Part shown: positions 58,745-64,000 of the stretch, one piece after another
How positions within the stretch are numbered: position 1 is the first letter of the stretch
Layout of the letters: each line of letters opens with the position of its first letter
Origin: Candidatus Bathyarchaeia archaeon
GTDB lineage: Archaea > Thermoproteota > Bathyarchaeia > 40CM-2-53-6
Assembly: GCA_049513715.1 (NCBI GenBank)
Contig: JBEKVV010000002.1
Coordinates: forward strand, 128,001-192,000
Direction: 5' to 3'
DNA length: 64,000 nt
The notes under the pieces: generated by a model
What the model was told of the DNA's origin: nothing
What the model saw: the letters and a program-made list of their open reading frames with translations, nothing else
Databases searched by the model: none
Program-made: the position numbers and the translations under genes

Positions 58745-59968
58745 ATGTCTTTGCGTAACCGTTGGGCAATTGCCACGTTGACCAGTGCTGGCGTCTTCGT
58801 TACCTACATGCTTCGCTTCAATATTTCACCGATTGGGCAGCTAATCTCAACGGACCTTCATCTTTCTGATTTTGAGCTGGGACTAGTTCTGTCTGGGTCG
58901 CTTTGGATTTACACTCTCATGCAGCCTGTTGCAGGCCTGATTACGGATCGGTATGGAGCGAAGCTGAGTCTCCTCTTCGGAGGGATGGCCACGTCGGTTC
59001 TAACGGTAGCTTCCGGTTTTGCAGGTTCATTTTACGCGCTCCTCGGTATGCGAGTTATCATTGGGGCGACGCAGGCCCCGAATTTTGTCACTGGTGCGAG
59101 CGTAACCTCTTCCGAATGGTTCAATAAGAGTCAGAAAGCTCGTGCTACTTCAATTTGGATTTCTGGCGGACGATTCGGCCAGGTGTTGACGCTACCTTTC
59201 GCAGCTTGGTTAGGGGTGGTCTATGGTTGGCAGTGGGCTTTCTTTGTGACGGGGTTGTTCGGAATCGCTTGGTGCACTGCCTGGTACATTGGGTTCCAAA
59301 ACAACCCTCCAGAGTCGTCACGAAGAAAAGAAGGGCCCGCGAGGAAGAGCCTAAGCATTCGCCAAAGTCTTCTCGCTGTACTTACCCCGTTAGGGTTTGG
59401 GTTCGCGTTGGCTAGCTTCGGCCAGGGCTACGTGGCATATTATCTGAACCTGTGGTTGCCCACGTACTTGGTAAGGCAGCAGAAGTTCACGATACTTAAT
59501 GCTGGAATCTTCTCGACCCTGCCATTCATTGCGCTTGTGGTCACGTTACTTCTCATAGGTGGGGTTGCTTCCGATTATGTTGTGAAACGCGGTGCCTCAC
59601 CCGTGGGGTTTCGGCGGAATCTTTTCTCAGTCGGCATGGTATTGACGGCGATCATGCTTTTCGCCTCTGCCTACGCTCCGGACCCGTACACTGCTGTGGC
59701 CGCAATCAGCGTAGCAGGCGCGTGTTTGGGTTTCTCGACGCCATCTTTGTGGGTGGCGATGGTTGAGTCAACTCCGAGGGAAGTGACCGGGGCGATGGGA
59801 GGGATTCAGAACCTTGGTGGTAATCTTGCCGGGATTGTGGTTTCTATTTTGACGGGATATCTTTTGCAAGTTACGAAGAGTTTCTTCTTGGCCTTGCTCG
59901 CGGGTGCGGGCGTGGCGTTGCTTGGCGCGGTGGCGGCATTTGTGCTGATCAGGCCGAGGAAGAAATGA
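58745..59968 (+). CDS. MFS transporter (ACS-like)
   Basis: About 12 TMs, G...DRYG, WF, WLPTYL, SD. Confidence 0.92.
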   Translation: MSLRNRWAIATLTSAGVFVTYMLRFNISPIGQLISTDLHLSDFELGLVLSGSLWIYTLMQPVAGLITDRYGAKLSLLFGGMATSVLTVASGFAGSFYALLGMRVIIGATQAPNFVTGASVTSSEWFNKSQKARATSIWISGGRFGQVLTLPFAAWLGVVYGWQWAFFVTGLFGIAWCTAWYIGFQNNPPESSRRKEGPARKSLSIRQSLLAVLTPLGFGFALASFGQGYVAYYLNLWLPTYLVRQQKFTILNAGIFSTLPFIALVVTLLLIGGVASDYVVKRGASPVGFRRNLFSVGMVLTAIMLFASAYAPDPYTAVAAISVAGACLGFSTPSLWVAMVESTPREVTGAMGGIQNLGGNLAGIVVSILTGYLLQVTKSFFLALLAGAGVALLGAVAAFVLIRPRKK

Positions 59969-60134
59969 GCCTTCAAGTGAACATCCAAGCGGTTTGCTGC
60001 GAAATCGTTGATTTGACTGACCGAATGTAGATGTCACGTTGTCGGCAGATGTAGTAGATCGGTAGCTATTTTATATAGAATACCAACAGAACTCCTAAGA
60101 GTAATTACATTCGGTTCTCTCGGATGGCGAGCGT

Positions 60135-60554
60135 ATGCGAAACCAGCAGTTAATGGCACTTTTAAAAGACCAGCTCGACCACGAAGAGCAAGAAACCGAG
60201 GTCTACGCGCGCAAAATCCGAGAAACCAAGCACTCAGTCGCAAAACTAGTCTTCGCTAAGCTAATGAGAGATTCAATGCAACACGCTGACGTCTTGAACG
60301 GCGCAATCTTGTACTTGGCTAGGGATCAGTGGGAGGCACTGGCCCCCGTCAAAGAAACGCGCGAGGAGATGCTTCGGCTTATGGAAATGGGGGAGAAAGC
60401 CCTTAGACTATTCACATCAGCAACCACGCAGGTGAGTGATCCACATTTGAAGTCGCTGCTGACAATGCTCGCTTTGGACGAGGAGGAACACTACGGATTG
60501 CTCCGGTATGTGCTAGAGAATTTCGTTGAAAAGAAAGAGGCAGTAAAAGCATGA
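60135..60554 (+). CDS. Ferritin/rubrerythrin-like four-helix protein
   Basis: E..E...Y, DS.QH, DEEEH repeats; ATGA overlap with the ferredoxin. Confidence 0.8.
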   Translation: MRNQQLMALLKDQLDHEEQETEVYARKIRETKHSVAKLVFAKLMRDSMQHADVLNGAILYLARDQWEALAPVKETREEMLRLMEMGEKALRLFTSATTQVSDPHLKSLLTMLALDEEEHYGLLRYVLENFVEKKEAVKA

Positions 60555-60799
60555 GTCAAACGACTGTTTTTCACCCACGAGCTAACGTCAAGATTCTAGA
60601 TGAAAGTTGCAAGGCTTGCGAGCTTTGCGTTGTAACGTGTCCGCAAGGCAACTTGAAGTTATCAACAAGACTGAACCACGCGGGCTTTCACCCCGCAGAA
60701 TTCACGTACCAAGGAACCAAAGGGCAATGCACGGGGTGCGCAATTTGCTACTGGGTTTGCCCAGATTTCGCGATCCATGAAGTACAGGTTGCTGTATGA
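60551..60799 (+). CDS. 2x[4Fe-4S] ferredoxin (oxidoreductase delta subunit)
   Basis: CKACELC...CP and CTGCAIC...CPD. Confidence 0.93.
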   Translation: MSQTTVFHPRANVKILDESCKACELCVVTCPQGNLKLSTRLNHAGFHPAEFTYQGTKGQCTGCAICYWVCPDFAIHEVQVAV

Positions 60800-60800
60800 T

Positions 60801-61877
60801 ATGGCCAAAGAACGAGTCTATTTGAAAGGTAACGAGGCTCTAGCGTACGGTGCGTTGGAAGCAGGCCTGAACGCATACTTTGCTTACCCGATCACCCCGT
60901 CCAGCGAAATCCCAGAAACATTAGCAAAGGAATTCGGGAGCAAGAAATACCCAGAGTTCAAGTTCTTTCTTCAAGCCGCCAGCGAGCTTGAAGCGATAAA
61001 TATGGTCTTGGGAGCCGCCTCCGGTGGGGTGCTAACAATGACCGCCACATCAAGCCCCGGCTACAGCTTGAAACAGGAAGGCCTTTCCTACGCTGTGGGA
61101 ATGGAGTTGCCGTTCCTGATTACTGATATTTGCCGAGCTGGGCCAGGTTTGGGCAACCTCGGACCAGAGCAAAGTGATTACTTCCAAGCGACTAAGGGCG
61201 GTGGCCACGGCAACCATCGATTGTTCGTGTTGGCGCCAGCCTCTGTTCAAGAGATGGCCCTGTTTCCACGAATTGGATTTGACTTGGCGTTCAAGTACAG
61301 GAACCCCACACTGATTCTAGGTGACGCCTTCACAGGGCAATTGAAAGAAGACGTAGAGTTTCCAGACTTCAAACCCCCAGAATACGATGTTTCGTCATGG
61401 GCAACAACAGGAGCAGATGGGAGAGCGCCCCATATCTTGAACTCACTAGAACTCGACCTCCAGAAACACTACAAACACATTGAGAAGATCTTCGAGAAAT
61501 ACAAGCAAGCCGAAGCGAACGAGGTTCGATTTGAAGATTACATGACTGAAGATGCTGAGACGGTGATTGTGGCGTTTGGAATAGTGTCCCGCATCGCCAA
61601 AGGTGTCGTTAACAAGCTTCGAAAGAAGGGCGTCAAGGTTGGGTTGTTTAGGCCGATAACCCTTTGGCCGTTCCCGCATGTTGCCCTCCGGAAGCTCGCT
61701 TCGCAAGGTAAACGGTTCTTGGACGTAGAGTTGACAACGGGGCAGATGATTGAGGATGTGAAGCTCGCTGTGGGTGATGGTGTTACTGTGGATTTCTTGG
61801 GAAAATGGGGCGGCCTCGTTCCAACGGAAGCGGAGATTGAAAGTAAGATTCGGCGCTTGGAGGTGGTTGCAGCATGA
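60801..61877 (+). CDS. vorB: 2-oxoacid:ferredoxin oxidoreductase alpha subunit (VorB-like)
   Basis: KGNEA, YPITPSSE, SSPG.SLKQE, R.GPGLG, GGGHG, RPITLWPFP. Confidence 0.9.
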   Translation: MAKERVYLKGNEALAYGALEAGLNAYFAYPITPSSEIPETLAKEFGSKKYPEFKFFLQAASELEAINMVLGAASGGVLTMTATSSPGYSLKQEGLSYAVGMELPFLITDICRAGPGLGNLGPEQSDYFQATKGGGHGNHRLFVLAPASVQEMALFPRIGFDLAFKYRNPTLILGDAFTGQLKEDVEFPDFKPPEYDVSSWATTGADGRAPHILNSLELDLQKHYKHIEKIFEKYKQAEANEVRFEDYMTEDAETVIVAFGIVSRIAKGVVNKLRKKGVKVGLFRPITLWPFPHVALRKLASQGKRFLDVELTTGQMIEDVKLAVGDGVTVDFLGKWGGLVPTEAEIESKIRRLEVVAA

Positions 61878-62674
61878 GCCAACTAACCCTCAAAGTAAAG
61901 GCAGGTAAGCTCGAATCACTGACAGACAACCCTACGCACTACTGCGCAGGATGCGAACACGGAACACTAACCCGACTCATCGCCTCAGCAATGAACGAGC
62001 TGGGAATACGAGAAAAAACCGTCATGATTGACTCGGTCGGCTGCAGCGTACTAGCCTACAACTACTTCAACTGCGACCACATAATCGCGGCCCACGGTAG
62101 GGCCCCCGCCGTCGCCACAGGCCTCAAACGCGTCCGACCCGATTTGATGGTCTATACGGTTCAGGGTGATGGAGACGCGGCCTCGATAGGCCTATTGGAA
62201 CTCATCTATGCGGCGAAGAGAAATACACCGATAACTGTCTTCATGGTCAACAACGCAATCTACGGAATGACAGGCGGCCAAATGGCCCCAACCACCCTCG
62301 AAGGGCAGATTACAACAACGACACCATACGGCCGGGACCCAGCACTAACTGGAACCGAGCTCGACGCCTCTAAGCTCGTAGCAGGTCTTGATGGACCTGC
62401 ATACGTAAAGCGCGCCAGCCTAGTTGTCACAGAGCTCTCAACGTCAAGAGGAAAAGTGTACACCATCAAGAACCTGTTGGACGCAAAGAAATCAGTGGTC
62501 AACGCATTCAAAGTACAACAGATGGGGGGCTTCGCCTTCGTGGAATTCCTGAGCACTTGTTCAGTAAACTGGAAGATGTCGGTCCTGGACTCGAAGCGGT
62601 ACGTGCAGGAGCACCTCATGAAGAAGTATCCGTTGGGTCTTTACAAGGACACTTTTGGAGTTGAGAAACAATGA
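61874..62674 (+). CDS. 2-oxoacid:ferredoxin oxidoreductase beta subunit (TPP-binding)
   Basis: HYC.GC.HG, VGCS, HGRA, QGDGD, NNAIYGMTGGQMAPT. Confidence 0.92.
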   Translation: MSQLTLKVKAGKLESLTDNPTHYCAGCEHGTLTRLIASAMNELGIREKTVMIDSVGCSVLAYNYFNCDHIIAAHGRAPAVATGLKRVRPDLMVYTVQGDGDAASIGLLELIYAAKRNTPITVFMVNNAIYGMTGGQMAPTTLEGQITTTTPYGRDPALTGTELDASKLVAGLDGPAYVKRASLVVTELSTSRGKVYTIKNLLDAKKSVVNAFKVQQMGGFAFVEFLSTCSVNWKMSVLDSKRYVQEHLMKKYPLGLYKDTFGVEKQ

Positions 62675-63306
62675 GCAAGACTATGCTTCTGATCGCAGGC
62701 CACGGCGGACAGGGAGTGATGTTGCTTGGCGACTACATCGCATACGCCGCCATGCTCGAAGGAAAACACGTAGCATACACGCCATCATACGGCCCCGAAA
62801 CGAGAGGGGGCAAAGCAAAGTGCTACGTCATAATCTCTGAAGAGGAAGTGGACAACCCAATAGCCGAGGAACCAGACATCGAACTCATCATGAACGAACC
62901 ATCCATGGACTTCCTGAACTACCTTCGCAAGGACGGGATGATCGTATACAACACTTCCCTGGTAAGCACAGGTGTTGACCGAGATGACGTCAAGAAACTG
63001 GGTATTCCAGTCACAGAGATCGCTGAGGCCCTTAAGAAGGAATTGCCCTCTGAGGAGGTTCATGATACGAAGATGTTCGCTAACTCGGTGATGTTCGGTG
63101 CATTCATGGAGCTCTGCGCCCCCCAAATCAGCGACGACCGAATCAAGGAATCCCTCAAACACTTCCTAGCAGGCAAAAAAGAGAGCTTGCTTCCAATTAA
63201 CCACTTAGCGATCATGAAAGGAAAGGAGTACGTTCGCGCACACCCAGTACCTGAAGTGAAGTCTGAGTGGCCGTTTCACTGCGTTCCTAGCTGGGCAGCG
63301 CAGTAG
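62671..63306 (+). CDS. 2-oxoacid:ferredoxin oxidoreductase gamma subunit
   Basis: AG.GGQG, PSYGPE.RGG, N.VM.GA. Confidence 0.92.
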   Translation: MSKTMLLIAGHGGQGVMLLGDYIAYAAMLEGKHVAYTPSYGPETRGGKAKCYVIISEEEVDNPIAEEPDIELIMNEPSMDFLNYLRKDGMIVYNTSLVSTGVDRDDVKKLGIPVTEIAEALKKELPSEEVHDTKMFANSVMFGAFMELCAPQISDDRIKESLKHFLAGKKESLLPINHLAIMKGKEYVRAHPVPEVKSEWPFHCVPSWAAQ

Positions 63307-63315
63307 TAAATTGAT

Positions 63316-63771
63316 TCAACCGCACCAGTAGTGCAGAACGCCCAGTCTGTTCCCTACAACTTCATCATCCTTCTTGTCGATGCAATCGGGGCACAAGTAA
63401 CTATGGCCGGTTCTTGCGAGGCCAAGGTCTTCATCGTGTTTGCTGGTCCAAAACAGTTTGCCGCACCGAATGCACTCATGCCTGGTCGTTTCAATTTTCG
63501 TTCCTAGCTCGCATGCTTTTCTCTCTGCAATCTGCTCTGCGAGAGCTCGATTGACGCCTAGAGCTAGGCATTGCTTTGGTTCATCTGAAGGGAATCCCAT
63601 GTCACTGATGAGAACAGTGTCGTCCTGGTTCAGCCAGACGTCAAATCGCCCGTGCAGCTCACAACGCCCGTCCTCATTCCGCGCCGAAGAGCCATTCAGC
63701 CCAAGTATGCAACAGCCTCCAAGGACACTGCATCCTCCGCCCTGAACGAAATTAAGGCACATTGCATGCAT
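63316..63771 (-). CDS. Cys-rich hypothetical protein with C-terminal Zn ribbon
   Basis: CIRCG...CPDC plus an N-terminal Cys/His cluster; SD GGAG before ATG 63771. Confidence 0.6.
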   Translation of the reverse strand: MHAMCLNFVQGGGCSVLGGCCILGLNGSSARNEDGRCELHGRFDVWLNQDDTVLISDMGFPSDEPKQCLALGVNRALAEQIAERKACELGTKIETTRHECIRCGKLFWTSKHDEDLGLARTGHSYLCPDCIDKKDDEVVGNRLGVLHYWCG

Positions 63772-64000
63772 CTTCTCCGAACTGGGCCTTCGGCTTTGGA
63801 ATCTTGGTCTGCTCATTGCTACAAAGGTTTCGCGGTGGATTACTCACCCTGGATGATAGGCAGGTTGCGCTATGTACTACGAAACTCGGCTCGGTATTAC
63901 GTTATGTGCGAGGGCATGGCCCGTCACAAAATGGTATTTACACTAAATTGGAAATATTATAGCCGTTGCAATGGAATCGGGCCTCAGGAAGCAGGAAAGT

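Overview
Archaeal chromosomal window, probably TACK lineage and most likely Bathyarchaeia (inferred from gene content, not placed phylogenetically). Most of it is housekeeping or metabolic: UDG, rpl40e, Fe-S carriers, aspS, sucCD, rtcB, PINA, gcvPAB, metG, the aIF2b-DUF424-aIF1A-RIO1-Dim2-top6BA cluster, ADP-forming acyl-CoA synthetase alpha, hypA/B/C and a four-subunit 2-oxoacid:ferredoxin oxidoreductase. The main accessory region is 15.3-21.8 kb. It contains an intact IS6-family element carrying passenger genes (18968-21715; 24-bp terminal inverted repeats, 8-bp palindromic duplication TTACGTAA). This element directly abuts the right end of an older, decayed relative, so both appear to have inserted at the same target site, immediately upstream of the hsp20 promoter. 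Other points of interest: a Zn-finger/heme-oxygenase-like diiron enzyme + TA0938 operon, a putative DNA-damage-inducible two-gene module, a ribophorin-I-like protein, a degenerate FtsZ paralog, a His-less HypC next to DUF6390, apparent non-canonical start codons and a palindrome-dense intergenic element. No tRNA, rRNA or CRISPR array was recognised. Family names come from motif recognition and recall, not from database searches.
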